Assembly (NCBI GenBank): GCA_016125475.1
Contig: WGLR01000005.1
Coordinates: 11,859-75,858 of the forward strand
Reading direction: 5' to 3'
DNA from: Betaproteobacteria bacterium
Lineage (GTDB): Bacteria; Pseudomonadota; Gammaproteobacteria; Burkholderiales; Ga0077523
Length of the DNA: 64,000 nt
Shown here: piece by piece, positions 47,999-57,678 of the stretch
Layout: every line of letters begins with the position of its first letter
How positions within the stretch are numbered: the first letter of the stretch is position 1
Program-made: the position numbers and the translations under genes
Notes under the pieces: generated by a model
Databases searched by the model: none
Seen by the model: only the letters and a program-made list of their open reading frames with translations
What the model was told of the DNA's origin: nothing

Positions 47999-48916
47999 TC
48001 AGACATGCCCGAGGAGCAGGTATTCGAGAAGAGCCTTCTGCGTGTGCATGCGATTCGCGGCTTCCTCCCAGACCACGCTCTGCGGTCCGTCGATGACCTC
48101 CGCGGCGACTTCCTCGCCGCGGTGTGCCGGCAGACAGTGCATGAACAGGGCGTCCGGCCGCGCGACGCGCATCATGTCGACGTCCACCTGCCAGTCCTGG
48201 AACGCGCGGCGGCGTTCGTCGTTCTCGGCCTCGAAGCCCATGCTCGTCCAGACGTCGGTCGTGACGAGGTCGGCATCTCTCGCGGCTGCCATCGGGTCGC
48301 TGAACTGCTCGTAGTGGTCGGTGCCGTAGAGCCCCGCGCGCTCGGGTTCCACTTCATACCCGCGCGGCGTCGACACGTGCACGTTGAAGTCCAGCACCTC
48401 GGCGGCCTGCAGCCAGGTGTTGCAGACGTTGTTCGAGTCGCCGATCCACGCGACGGTCTTGCCGCGGATCGGCCCCCGGTGCTCCACGTAGGTGAAGATG
48501 TCCGCGAGGGTCTGGCAGGGGTGATACTCGTTCGTGAGCCCGTTGATCACCGGCACGCGCGAGTTGCGGGCGAAACGCTCCACGATCTCCTGCTCGAAGG
48601 TCCGGATCATCACGATGTCGCACATGCGCGAGATGACCTGCGCAGCGTCCTCGACGGGTTCACCCCGGCCGAGCTGCGTGTCGCGCGTGTTCAGGTATAT
48701 GGCCGTGCCTCCGAGCTGGTGCATGCCCGCCTCGAACGAGAGCCGCGTGCGTGTGGAGGCCTTCTCGAAGATCATCACGAGCGTGCGGTCGGCGAGCGGC
48801 CAGTAGCGCTCGTAGCGCAGGAACCGCTCCTTGATCCAGCGCGTGCGTTCGAAAAGGTGCTCGACCTCTTCCGAAGAGAGGTCCTTGAACTGCAGAAAAT
48901 GCTTCGTGGTCGACAT
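47999..48916 (-). CDS. argF: ornithine carbamoyltransferase
   Basis: 305 aa. FEKASTRTRLSFE, HPCQ, FMHCLPAHRGEE. Confidence 0.92.
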   Translation of the reverse strand: MSTTKHFLQFKDLSSEEVEHLFERTRWIKERFLRYERYWPLADRTLVMIFEKASTRTRLSFEAGMHQLGGTAIYLNTRDTQLGRGEPVEDAAQVISRMCDIVMIRTFEQEIVERFARNSRVPVINGLTNEYHPCQTLADIFTYVEHRGPIRGKTVAWIGDSNNVCNTWLQAAEVLDFNVHVSTPRGYEVEPERAGLYGTDHYEQFSDPMAAARDADLVTTDVWTSMGFEAENDERRRAFQDWQVDVDMMRVARPDALFMHCLPAHRGEEVAAEVIDGPQSVVWEEAANRMHTQKALLEYLLLGHV

Positions 48917-48946
48917 GGTCTGGCCCGTGCCCCGCGACCCGGCGGA

Positions 48947-50140
48947 CTACCCGGCGGCGGGGACTGGTTCGTTGGTACGCACGAAGGCGTGGATGAGTTC
49001 GGACACCTGCTCGACCAGCCGGGTCGCTTCCGGTTGCCGGATGACGAGCGGCGGGAGCATGCGCACCACCGTGTCCGCGGTCACGTTGACGAGGATGCCT
49101 GCATCCAGGCCGTTGCGCACGATCTCGCCGCAGGGGCGGTCGAGTTCGATCCCGATCATGAGCCCCTTGCCCCGGATCTCGCGCACGGCGCCGAGCCCCC
49201 GCAGGCTGTCGGCGAGGCCGTCACGGATGAGCTGACCCATGCGGGACGCATTCTCGATCAGCCCTTCCTCGTCGATGATGTCGAGCGTCGTCTGGGCCGC
49301 CACGCAGGCGAGGGGATTGCCGCCGAAAGTCGAGCCGTGCTTGCCGGGCGTGAATGCCTCCGCGGCACTGCCCCTGGCAAGACAGGCGCCGATCGGAAAG
49401 CCGTTGCCGAGACCCTTCGCGAGGGTCATCACGTCGGCTTCGATCCCGCACCATTGATGGGCGAACCACTTGCCGGTTCTTCCCATGCCGCTCTGGACCT
49501 CGTCGAGCATCAGCAGCCAGCCGTGCGCGTCGCACAACTCCCGCAGGAAGGCGAGATAGCCGTCGTCGGGCACGTTCACGCCGCCTTCGCCCTGCACCGG
49601 TTCGACGAGGACGGCCACGACGTTCTTGTTGGTTTCCGCCACGTGCGCGATCGTGGCGCGATCGTCGTAGGGGACCCGCGCGAAGCCCGCGAGGAGCGGT
49701 TCGAAGCCGGCCTGCACCTTCCGGTTGCCGGTGGCGGACAGCGTCGCCATCGTACGGCCGTGAAAGGACTTCTCCATCACGACGATCACCGGCTGGTCGA
49801 TACCTTTCTGGTGGCCGTGCAGGCGCGCGATCTTGATCGCGGCCTCGTTCGCCTCGCAGCCGGAGTTGCAGAAGAACACCCGGTCCATGCCGGAGATCGC
49901 GGCGAGCCGGTCGGCCAGACGTTCCTGCTCGGGAATGCGGTAGAGGTTCGAGGCGTGGATCAGCCGACCGGCCTGCTCGGAGATCGCCCGCACGAGTCGC
50001 GGATGGGCGTGGCCCACGCCCGTCACGGCGATGCCGGTGATCGCGTCGAGGTACTGCTTGCCATCGGTGTCCCACAGCCAGACGCCGTCACCGTGGGAGA
50101 AAGCCACGGGCAGGCGGCCGTAGTTGTTCATCAGGTGCAT
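48947..50140 (-). CDS. argD: acetylornithine (succinylornithine) aminotransferase
   Basis: 397 aa from the ATG at 50140 (GGAGG 9 nt upstream). Class III aminotransferase blocks: FFCNSGCEANEAAIK, DEVQSGMGRTGKWFA, TLAKGLGNGFP. Confidence 0.9.
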   Translation of the reverse strand: MHLMNNYGRLPVAFSHGDGVWLWDTDGKQYLDAITGIAVTGVGHAHPRLVRAISEQAGRLIHASNLYRIPEQERLADRLAAISGMDRVFFCNSGCEANEAAIKIARLHGHQKGIDQPVIVVMEKSFHGRTMATLSATGNRKVQAGFEPLLAGFARVPYDDRATIAHVAETNKNVVAVLVEPVQGEGGVNVPDDGYLAFLRELCDAHGWLLMLDEVQSGMGRTGKWFAHQWCGIEADVMTLAKGLGNGFPIGACLARGSAAEAFTPGKHGSTFGGNPLACVAAQTTLDIIDEEGLIENASRMGQLIRDGLADSLRGLGAVREIRGKGLMIGIELDRPCGEIVRNGLDAGILVNVTADTVVRMLPPLVIRQPEATRLVEQVSELIHAFVRTNEPVPAAG

Positions 50141-50154
50141 CTTGGCGAACCTCC

Positions 50155-50187
50155 AAAAAAGCACACGGCGGCCATAGCGCCGCCGTG
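50155..50187 (-). terminator. terminator/attenuator-like hairpin + U6 immediately upstream of the argD Shine-Dalgarno
   Basis: On the minus strand: CACGGCGGC-GCUAUG-GCCGCCGUG (9-bp perfect stem), then UGC-UUUUUU, then GGAGG. It ends 15 nt before the argD ATG. Confidence 0.5.
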
Positions 50188-50291
50188 GACCCCTTCCGCT
50201 CAAGCGGACATATTTTCCCGATTCCGTCCGTGCGTGCAAGCAGAGTTTCAGGCGCGTCACATACTTGGGCGCGCGTTCACCGCCCGAACCG

Positions 50292-50328
50292 AAAACAAAA
50301 ACGCCGCCAGGCAGTGCCTCGGCGGCGT
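50292..50328 (-). terminator. rho-independent terminator of rpsT
   Basis: Hairpin ACGCCGCC..AGGC-AGU-GCCU..GGCGGCGU followed on the minus strand by UUUUGUUUU. Lies 20 nt after the rpsT stop. Confidence 0.75.
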
Positions 50329-50348
50329 CTCGGGTGGCGTGCCCTGCC

Positions 50349-50612
50349 TCAGGGCATCGCCTTGATCGCGCTCGACAGGCGGCTCTTGCAGCGGGCTGCC
50401 GTGTTCAGGTGGAACATGCCCTTGCGCGAGATCGAGTCGATCACGGCCTGGCTTTCACGGAAGACCGCCTGGGCCGCAGTCTTGTCGCCCGCGCCGATGG
50501 CCTTGCGGACTTTCTTGATGGCCGTGCGCATCTCGGAGCGCAGGCTGGCATTGTGCTGCCGGCGGGTTTCCGCCTGTCGGGCACGCTTGCGTGCTTGAGC
50601 CGAATTGGCCAT
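50349..50612 (-). CDS. rpsT: 30S ribosomal protein S20
   Basis: 87 aa from the ATG at 50612 (GAGGAA upstream). [26 protein letters not shown]... is canonical S20. Confidence 0.95.
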   Translation of the reverse strand: MANSAQARKRARQAETRRQHNASLRSEMRTAIKKVRKAIGAGDKTAAQAVFRESQAVIDSISRKGMFHLNTAARCKSRLSSAIKAMP

Positions 50613-50761
50613 GTTTCCTCTGAATCCTTGGGAATTGCGGGAAAAGTGCGCGATACTACCGGCCTTTCGCGGACGGTGCAAGGTTCCGGCGAGCCTCTCC
50701 CGGGTCGGCAGGCGGAAGGGCAGGTCGGCCGTCCGGGCCAACATCGAGTTCGATCTTCCGA

Positions 50762-52297
50762 GTGAATCTACTCAAGGCGCTGGCCACGGTCAGCAGCATG
50801 ACGCTGTTGTCCCGCATCCTGGGATTCATCCGCGACGCCGTGATCGCCCGCACGTTCGGGGCCGGGCTCGCCACCGATGCGTTCTTCGTCGCGTTCAAGC
50901 TCCCGAACCTCCTGCGTCGCATCTTCGCGGAGGGGGCGTTCTCGCAGGCCTTCGTGCCGGTGCTCGCGGAATACAAGGGCCGCCGCGGCGAGGACGCCAC
51001 GCGCGAACTCGTCGATCACGTCGCGACGCTGCTCGCGCTCGTGCTCGTCTGCGTGACGGTCCTCGGCGTGATCGGGGCGCCCGTCATCGTCTATCTGAGC
51101 GCGCCCGGGTTCGTCTCGTCGCCCGACAAGTTCCAGACGACCGTCGCACTCCTGCGCATCACGTTCCCGTACATCCTGTTCATCTCGCTGTCGTCGCTGT
51201 CGGGCGCCGTTCTCAACACCTGGAGCCGCTTCTCGATACCGGCCTTCACGCCCACGCTCCTGAACGTCTCGTTCATCACGTTCGCGCTGTTCCTCGCGCC
51301 GTACTTCGACCCGCCGGTCATCGCGCTCGCGGCCGCTGTGTTCGTCGGTGGCGTGCTGCAGCTCGCCTTCCAGCTGCCGTTCCTCGCCCGGATCGGCATG
51401 TTCCCGCGGTTCCGCCTGAACCTGCGCGACGAGGGGGTCTGGCGCATCCTCCGGCTGATGGGGCCGGCGATTTTCGGGGTGTCGGTGAGCCAGGTGTCGC
51501 TGCTGCTGAACAGCATCTTCGCGTCGTTCCTCGCCACCGGCTCGGTCTCCTGGCTGTATTACGCCGACCGGCTCATGGAGTTCCCGACCGGCGTGCTCGG
51601 CGTCGCGCTCGGCACGATCCTGCTCCCGAGCCTCGCCAGGAGCCACGCGAGCGGCTCGACGGAGGAGTACTCGCACCTGCTCGACTGGGGGCTGCGGCTC
51701 ACGCTGATGCTCGCAGCCCCCGCGACGCTCGCGCTGGCCGTGCTCGCGGTACCGCTCGTTGCCACGCTCTTCCAGCACGGCGCTTTCGGTGCGGAAGACG
51801 TCGAGATGACCCGGCGCGCGCTGGTCGCCTACAGCATCGGGCTGCTCGGGCTGATCCTCGTGAAGGTGCTTGCGCCCGGTTTCTACGCCCGTCAGGACAT
51901 CCGGACCCCGGTGCGCATCGGCGTCGCGACGCTCGTGATCACGCAGCTCCTGAACCTCGCCTTCGTGTTCCCGCTCCGTCACGCGGGGCTCGCGCTCGCG
52001 ATCGGTCTCGGCGCGTGCGTGAACGCGACGCTCCTGTACCGGAAGCTGCGCCAGAAGGGCATCTACCGGCCGGAGCAGGGCTGGAGACGATTCCTGGTGC
52101 GCCTGGCGGTGGCCGTCGCCGTGATGGGCATCGTCCTCGGCGTGACGGTCGGTCCGGACGAGTTCTGGCACCACGGACCGGTCGTCGCGCGGGCGCTCCG
52201 TCTCTCGGGCCTGGTCGTGCTCGGCGCGGGGACGTACTTCGGGGCGCTGTGGCTGCTCGGCTTCCGGGTGAGCGACTTCCAGAAGCGTGCCTCGTGA
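50762..52297 (+). CDS. murJ: lipid II flippase MurJ (MviN)
   Basis: 511 aa. [48 protein letters not shown]. Divergent from rpsT, as in many proteobacteria. GTG start. Confidence 0.92.
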   Translation: MNLLKALATVSSMTLLSRILGFIRDAVIARTFGAGLATDAFFVAFKLPNLLRRIFAEGAFSQAFVPVLAEYKGRRGEDATRELVDHVATLLALVLVCVTVLGVIGAPVIVYLSAPGFVSSPDKFQTTVALLRITFPYILFISLSSLSGAVLNTWSRFSIPAFTPTLLNVSFITFALFLAPYFDPPVIALAAAVFVGGVLQLAFQLPFLARIGMFPRFRLNLRDEGVWRILRLMGPAIFGVSVSQVSLLLNSIFASFLATGSVSWLYYADRLMEFPTGVLGVALGTILLPSLARSHASGSTEEYSHLLDWGLRLTLMLAAPATLALAVLAVPLVATLFQHGAFGAEDVEMTRRALVAYSIGLLGLILVKVLAPGFYARQDIRTPVRIGVATLVITQLLNLAFVFPLRHAGLALAIGLGACVNATLLYRKLRQKGIYRPEQGWRRFLVRLAVAVAVMGIVLGVTVGPDEFWHHGPVVARALRLSGLVVLGAGTYFGALWLLGFRVSDFQKRAS

Positions 52298-52401
52298 GGC
52301 GGAAACGCCGGAGCGGCCCGACGGGCGCGGGAACGCCTCTCGCCATCCTCGCGCCCCGCAGGCAATGCGGGCTAGAATCCAGACTTTTGATGTTGTGAAT
52401 C

Positions 52402-53349
52402 ATGCGGTTCTTTCGTGGCATCCCGGCGCGGGCCGACACGCCCATAGCGCTCACCATCGGCAACTTCGACGGTGTCCACCTGGGCCATCAGGCCATGGTG
52501 GCGCGGCTGCGCGCGGCTGCGCGCGAGCGGGGCCTGCCGGCCGCGGTGATGACCTTCGAGCCGCACCCGCGCGAGTTCTTCGCACCGACCGACGCTCCCG
52601 CGCGCCTGACCGCGCTTCGAGACAAGGTGGAATATCTCGGGGACCTCGGCGTCGATCGTGTCTACGTCTGCCGCTTCGACGCACGGTTCGCGGGTCAGTC
52701 GCCGGGACATTTCGTCCGGCACGTGCTCGTGGAAAGCCTTGCGGTGCAGTGGCTGCTGGTCGGCGACGACTTCCGGTTCGGTGCGCGCAGGGCGGGAGAT
52801 CTGGCGCTGCTCGAACGGCTCGGTCCGGCTGCGGGCATGACCGTCGAAGGGATGCACAGCGTCGAGGCCCATGGCATCCGCGTGTCGAGCACGGCGGTGC
52901 GTGACGCGCTGGCGTCGGGTGATCTGGTCCGCGCGGAACGGCTGCTGGGCCGGCCCTACGCGATCACGGGCCGTGTCGTGGGAGGCGACCGCATCGGCCG
53001 CGAACTCGGATTCCCGACCGCGAACGTCCGGATGCGGCTGAATCGCCCGCCGCTGCTCGGGATCTTCGCGGTCGAGGTGTCCGGTGTCCGCGATGCACCG
53101 GTACAGGGCGCCGCGAGCCTCGGCGTGCGGCCCACGGTGTCGGACACCGGACGCGCGACGCTCGAGGTGTTCCTGCTGGACTTCACGGGGGACCTCTACG
53201 GGCGCCGCGTCCGGGTGGATTTCCTCCACAAGCTGCGAGACGAGGAGAAGTACCCCAGCCTCGACGCCCTCCGGTCTCGGATCGAGCAGGACGTTCGCGA
53301 CACGAGGACCTACTTCGATCGCCGGCATGCGGGCCTGGCGGCCGTCTGA
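52402..53349 (+). CDS. ribF: bifunctional riboflavin kinase / FMN adenylyltransferase
   Basis: 315 aa. TIGNFDGVHLGHQ, the PTAN motif FPTANV, and the C-terminal LEVFLLDFTGDLYG. Confidence 0.92.
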   Translation: MRFFRGIPARADTPIALTIGNFDGVHLGHQAMVARLRAAARERGLPAAVMTFEPHPREFFAPTDAPARLTALRDKVEYLGDLGVDRVYVCRFDARFAGQSPGHFVRHVLVESLAVQWLLVGDDFRFGARRAGDLALLERLGPAAGMTVEGMHSVEAHGIRVSSTAVRDALASGDLVRAERLLGRPYAITGRVVGGDRIGRELGFPTANVRMRLNRPPLLGIFAVEVSGVRDAPVQGAASLGVRPTVSDTGRATLEVFLLDFTGDLYGRRVRVDFLHKLRDEEKYPSLDALRSRIEQDVRDTRTYFDRRHAGLAAV

Positions 53350-53379
53350 CAAACCGTTTCTCGAGACTTCTTCATTTCC

Positions 53380-56160
53380 ATGGCCGACTACAAGAACACG
53401 CTCAACCTTCCCGACACACCGTTTCCGATGCGAGGCGATCTCGCGCGGCGCGAACCCGGCTGGGTGCGCCAGTGGCAGGAGAGCGGGCTCTACCGCCGCA
53501 TTCGCGAAGCGTCGCGGGGGCGGCCCCGGTTCATCCTCCACGATGGTCCGCCCTACGCGAACGGTGACATCCACATCGGCCACGCCGTCAACAAGGTGCT
53601 GAAGGACATCATCGTGAAGAGCCGGACGCTCGCCGGCTTCGATGCGCCCTACGTGCCCGGCTGGGACTGCCACGGCCTGCCCATCGAGCACCAGGTCGAG
53701 AAGCAGCACGGGAAGGGCGTCGAGGCGAACGAGTTCAGACGTCTGTGCCGCGCGTACGCCGAGTCGCAGATCGCCCGGCAGAAGGCGGACTTCGTGCGCC
53801 TCGGGGTGCTGGGCCAGTGGGACGATCCCTACCTCACGATGGCGTATCGGACCGAAGCGGACATCATCCGGTCGCTCGGCCGCATCTACCGGAAGGGGTT
53901 CCTGTACCCGGGCGCCAAGCCCGTCCACTGGTGTCTCGACTGCCGGTCCGCACTCGCCGAGGCCGAGGTGGAGTACGAGACGCGCACGTCGCCGGCCATC
54001 GATGTCGCCTTTCCGGCGAAGGACGCGAGCGAGCTCGCGCGGCCTTTCGGATTCACGCATCTGCCGAAACCCGGTTACGCGGTGATCTGGACCACGACAC
54101 CGTGGACGCTGCCCGCCAACCAGGCGATCTCCGTCCATCCGGAGTTCGAGTACGCGCTCGTGGACTGCGAGCGCTTCTATCTCCTGCTCGCGGCGGAACT
54201 CGTCACGTCCTGCATGGAACGCTACGGCATCGCGGACTACCGCATCGTCGGGACCGTGCCTGGCGCCCAGCTCGAGCGGCTCGAGTTCTGGCACCCGTTC
54301 CAGCCGCGCAGGGTGCCCGTCATTCTGGGCGATCACGTGACGCTCGACGCAGGCACGGGGCTCGTCCACACCGCGCCTGCGCACGGCGTGGAGGATTTCG
54401 TGGTCGGGCAGAAGTACGACCTTCCGATCGCGAATCCCGTCGGCCCCGACGGCCGCTTCGACGAGGCGATCCCGCTCGTGGGCGGGCAGACCGTCTGGGA
54501 GGGCAACAAGACCGTCATCGGCGTCCTGGAGGAGAAGACACTGCTCCTCAACAACGTCGCCTACGAACACAGCTATCCCCACTGCTGGCGTCACAAGACC
54601 CCCGTCATCTTCCGCGCGACGCACCAGTGGTTCATCGGGATGGACCATCCCGGAACGGACGATCGCTCCCTGCGCGAGATCGCGGCGCAGGCGGTCGGCG
54701 CGACGGAATTCTTCCCGTCCTGGGGGCGCGCCCGACTCGACGCGATGATCGGCAACCGTCCGGACTGGTGCGTGTCCCGTCAGCGCAACTGGGGCGTGCC
54801 GATGGCGCTGTTCGTGCACCGCAAGACCGGCGAGCCGCATCCCCGCACCCTGGCGCTCTTCGAGGAAGTGGCGCAGCGCGTGGAACAGGCCGGCATCGAG
54901 GCCTGGTTCGCGCTCGACGCGCGCGAACTGCTCGGTGACGAGGCCGAGCACTACGACAAGCTTCCGGACACGCTCGACGTCTGGTTCGATTCTGGTACCA
55001 CGCACGTGAGCGTGCTCGAGCGCCGCGACGACCTCGCGAAGCCCGCCGACCTGTATCTGGAAGGCTCCGACCAGCACCGCGGATGGTTCCAGTCCTCGCT
55101 GCTGACGGGCTGTGCCATCGACGGCCGCGCGCCCTACCGTCAGCTGCTCACGCACGGATTCGTCGTGGACGGGACCGGACGGAAGATGAGCAAGTCGCTC
55201 GGCAACGTCATCCTGCCCCAGAAGGTGGCCGACACGCTCGGTGCCGAGATCCTGCGGCTCTGGGTCGCTGCGACCGACTACTCCGGCGAACTGTCGATCT
55301 CGGACGAGATCCTGAAGCGCGTCGTCGAGAGCTATCGGCGCATCCGCAACACGCTGCGCTTCCTGCTCGCGAACGTCTCGGACTTCGATCCGGCGCGCGA
55401 TCTCCTGCCCGTGGAGGACTGGCTCGAGATCGACCGATTCGCGCTCGCGCTCACGCGGGTACTCCAGAACGACGTCGCGTCCGCCTACGACCGATACGAG
55501 TTCCACACGGTGGTGCAGCGCATCCAGACGTTCTGTTCCGAGGACCTCGGAGGCTTCTACCTCGACATCCTGAAGGACCGTCTCTACACGACCGCTGCAG
55601 CGGGTCGCCCGCGCCGCGCCGCGCAGTCGGTGCTCTGGCACCTCACGCAGAGCCTGCTGCGCCTCATGGCACCGGTGCTCACGTTCACCGCCGAGGAAGC
55701 CTGGAACGTGATCACCGGCGACGCCGCGGACAGCGTGTTCCTGCACACCTGGTACGAACTGCCGGTCGTGCCCGGGGAAGAAGCGCTGCTCGAGAAGTGG
55801 CGCACCGTGCGCGACGTGAGGGCGGAGGTCCAGAAGAGCATCGAGGAGGTGCGGGCCGCCGGGAATGTCGGCTCCTCGCTCCAGGCCGAGGTGGAACTCG
55901 CGCTGCATGGTCACCGGTACCAGTCCTGCGCGAGCCTCGCCGACGATCTGCGCTTCGTGCTGATCACGTCGCGGGTCGCGCTCGAGGCGGTGGATGCTCC
56001 CGATCAGGAGTTCATCCGCGTGGTGCCGAGCGCGTTCGCCAAGTGCGCGCGGTGCTGGCATTACCGCGAGGACGTCGGGAGCGACGCGGGACACCCGGAG
56101 CTCTGCGGCCGGTGCGTGTCGAATCTTCACGGCACGGGCGAGGCGCGCACGCATGCTTGA
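53380..56160 (+). CDS. ileS: isoleucine-tRNA ligase
   Basis: 926 aa. HIGH motif [16 protein letters not shown] present, C-terminal zinc knuckles CARCWHY...CGRC. Confidence 0.97.
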   Translation: MADYKNTLNLPDTPFPMRGDLARREPGWVRQWQESGLYRRIREASRGRPRFILHDGPPYANGDIHIGHAVNKVLKDIIVKSRTLAGFDAPYVPGWDCHGLPIEHQVEKQHGKGVEANEFRRLCRAYAESQIARQKADFVRLGVLGQWDDPYLTMAYRTEADIIRSLGRIYRKGFLYPGAKPVHWCLDCRSALAEAEVEYETRTSPAIDVAFPAKDASELARPFGFTHLPKPGYAVIWTTTPWTLPANQAISVHPEFEYALVDCERFYLLLAAELVTSCMERYGIADYRIVGTVPGAQLERLEFWHPFQPRRVPVILGDHVTLDAGTGLVHTAPAHGVEDFVVGQKYDLPIANPVGPDGRFDEAIPLVGGQTVWEGNKTVIGVLEEKTLLLNNVAYEHSYPHCWRHKTPVIFRATHQWFIGMDHPGTDDRSLREIAAQAVGATEFFPSWGRARLDAMIGNRPDWCVSRQRNWGVPMALFVHRKTGEPHPRTLALFEEVAQRVEQAGIEAWFALDARELLGDEAEHYDKLPDTLDVWFDSGTTHVSVLERRDDLAKPADLYLEGSDQHRGWFQSSLLTGCAIDGRAPYRQLLTHGFVVDGTGRKMSKSLGNVILPQKVADTLGAEILRLWVAATDYSGELSISDEILKRVVESYRRIRNTLRFLLANVSDFDPARDLLPVEDWLEIDRFALALTRVLQNDVASAYDRYEFHTVVQRIQTFCSEDLGGFYLDILKDRLYTTAAAGRPRRAAQSVLWHLTQSLLRLMAPVLTFTAEEAWNVITGDAADSVFLHTWYELPVVPGEEALLEKWRTVRDVRAEVQKSIEEVRAAGNVGSSLQAEVELALHGHRYQSCASLADDLRFVLITSRVALEAVDAPDQEFIRVVPSAFAKCARCWHYREDVGSDAGHPELCGRCVSNLHGTGEARTHA

Positions 56161-56644
56161 GGCGGGGCGATGGTTCGCGCTCGCGGCGGCGGTCGCCGCG
56201 GCAGACCAGTGGACGAAACACCTCGTGCAGCAGGCACTCGCCTATGGGGAGTCCGTGCGCGTGACCTCCTTCTTCGACCTCGTGCTGGTGTTCAACCCCG
56301 GGGCGGCGTTCAGCCTGCTGTCGTCGGCTTCCGGCTGGCAGCGCGACCTGTTCATCGTCATCGCGCTCGCGGCCTCCGCATTCATGACCTTCCTGATCAT
56401 CCGGCACCGCAGGCGGCTCGTCTTCGCGACCGCGCTTGCGCTGATCCTGGGTGGTGCCATCGGCAACCTGATCGACCGCTTCCTGATCCACGCCGTGGTC
56501 GACTTCCTGCATTTCCACATCCGGGAATATTCGTGGCCCGCATTCAATCTCGCGGACTCCGCGATAACGTGCGGAGCGGGGCTGCTGATTCTCGACAGTT
56601 TCCTCGGGCGCCGGATGAATGCGCCCGCCCAGAACGTGCGATGA
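56153..56644 (+). CDS. lspA: lipoprotein signal peptidase II
   Basis: 163 aa from the ATG at 56153 (8-nt overlap with ileS). [31 protein letters not shown]. Confidence 0.9.
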   Translation: MLEAGRWFALAAAVAAADQWTKHLVQQALAYGESVRVTSFFDLVLVFNPGAAFSLLSSASGWQRDLFIVIALAASAFMTFLIIRHRRRLVFATALALILGGAIGNLIDRFLIHAVVDFLHFHIREYSWPAFNLADSAITCGAGLLILDSFLGRRMNAPAQNVR

Positions 56645-56714
56645 GAAGACGTCGGCCCGGCCGCCCCGCGGGTGACCGCGAGCGCCACGCCGACCCCGTC
56701 GCGGGAGAACCGAC

Positions 56715-57638
56715 ATGAAAGTCTTGCTGGCCAATCCGAGAGGTTTCTGCGCAGGTGTCGACCGCGCGATCGAGATCGTCGAGCGCGCGCTCGCGATCCA
56801 CGGCGCGCCCATCTACGTCCGTCACGAGGTGGTGCACAACAAGTTCGTCGTGGACGACCTGCGCCGGAAGGGCGCCATCTTCGTCGACGAGGTCGAGGGG
56901 ATCCCGGAAGGCTCGACCGCGGTCTTCAGTGCGCACGGCGTCTCCCGCCGCGTGCGCGACGAAGCGGACGCGCGCGGGCTGCGCGTGTTCGACGCGACGT
57001 GTCCCCTCGTGACGAAGGTGCACGTCGAAGTGTCGCGCATGCGGGATCAGGGGCGCGAGATCGTCATGATCGGTCATCGCGGCCACCCGGAGGTGGAAGG
57101 CACCATGGGACAGAGCGCGGGTGGCATGTATCTCGTCGAGACGGTGGAGGACGCCGAACGTGTCCAGGTGAGCGACCCTCGCAAGCTGGCCTACGTGACG
57201 CAGACGACGCTCTCCGTGGACGACGCGAAGGCGGTGATCCAGGCGCTGAAGCGTCGTTTCCCCGACATCGTCGGCCCGAAGAAGGACGACATCTGCTATG
57301 CGACGCAGAACCGGCAGGATGCCGTGAAGGCGCTTGCCCGTGAGGCGGACGTCGTGATCGTCGTGGGTTCGCCGAACAGCTCGAACTCCAACCGCCTCAC
57401 GGAGGTGGCCCGGCTCTCCGGTCGTCCGGCCTATCGGGTCGACGCTGCAGAAGACCTGAAGCGCGAGTGGGTCGCCGACGTGGCGACCGTCGGTGTCACG
57501 GCCGGTGCTTCCGCACCCGAAGTGCTCGTGCGGGCCGTCGTGGAACGACTGCGCACGTTCGGCGCCACGACCGTGAGCGAGCTCGACGGCGTCGTCGAGG
57601 ACATCACGTTCCCGCTGCCGAAGACGCTCGTCGCCTGA
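56715..57638 (+). CDS. ispH: 4-hydroxy-3-methylbut-2-enyl diphosphate reductase
   Basis: 307 aa. [42 protein letters not shown]. Confidence 0.95.
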   Translation: MKVLLANPRGFCAGVDRAIEIVERALAIHGAPIYVRHEVVHNKFVVDDLRRKGAIFVDEVEGIPEGSTAVFSAHGVSRRVRDEADARGLRVFDATCPLVTKVHVEVSRMRDQGREIVMIGHRGHPEVEGTMGQSAGGMYLVETVEDAERVQVSDPRKLAYVTQTTLSVDDAKAVIQALKRRFPDIVGPKKDDICYATQNRQDAVKALAREADVVIVVGSPNSSNSNRLTEVARLSGRPAYRVDAAEDLKREWVADVATVGVTAGASAPEVLVRAVVERLRTFGATTVSELDGVVEDITFPLPKTLVA

Positions 57639-57639
57639 C

Positions 57640-57674
57640 CGGCGGCACCCGCCCGGGGTGGGCGGATGCCGCCG
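57640..57674. terminator. bidirectional hairpin between convergent ispH and pilY1
   Basis: CGGCGGCA-CCGCCC-GGGGU-GGGCGG-A-UGCCGCCG, a nested GC stem filling the 40-nt gap. Confidence 0.55.
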
Positions 57675-57678
57675 AAGA

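Noticed and set aside
56645-56714. Looked for fkpB (FKBP-type PPIase), which sits between lspA and ispH in many Gammaproteobacteria.
   Set aside because: The gap is only 70 nt with no ORF. The absence is noted under the pilY1 finding but is not a feature in itself.
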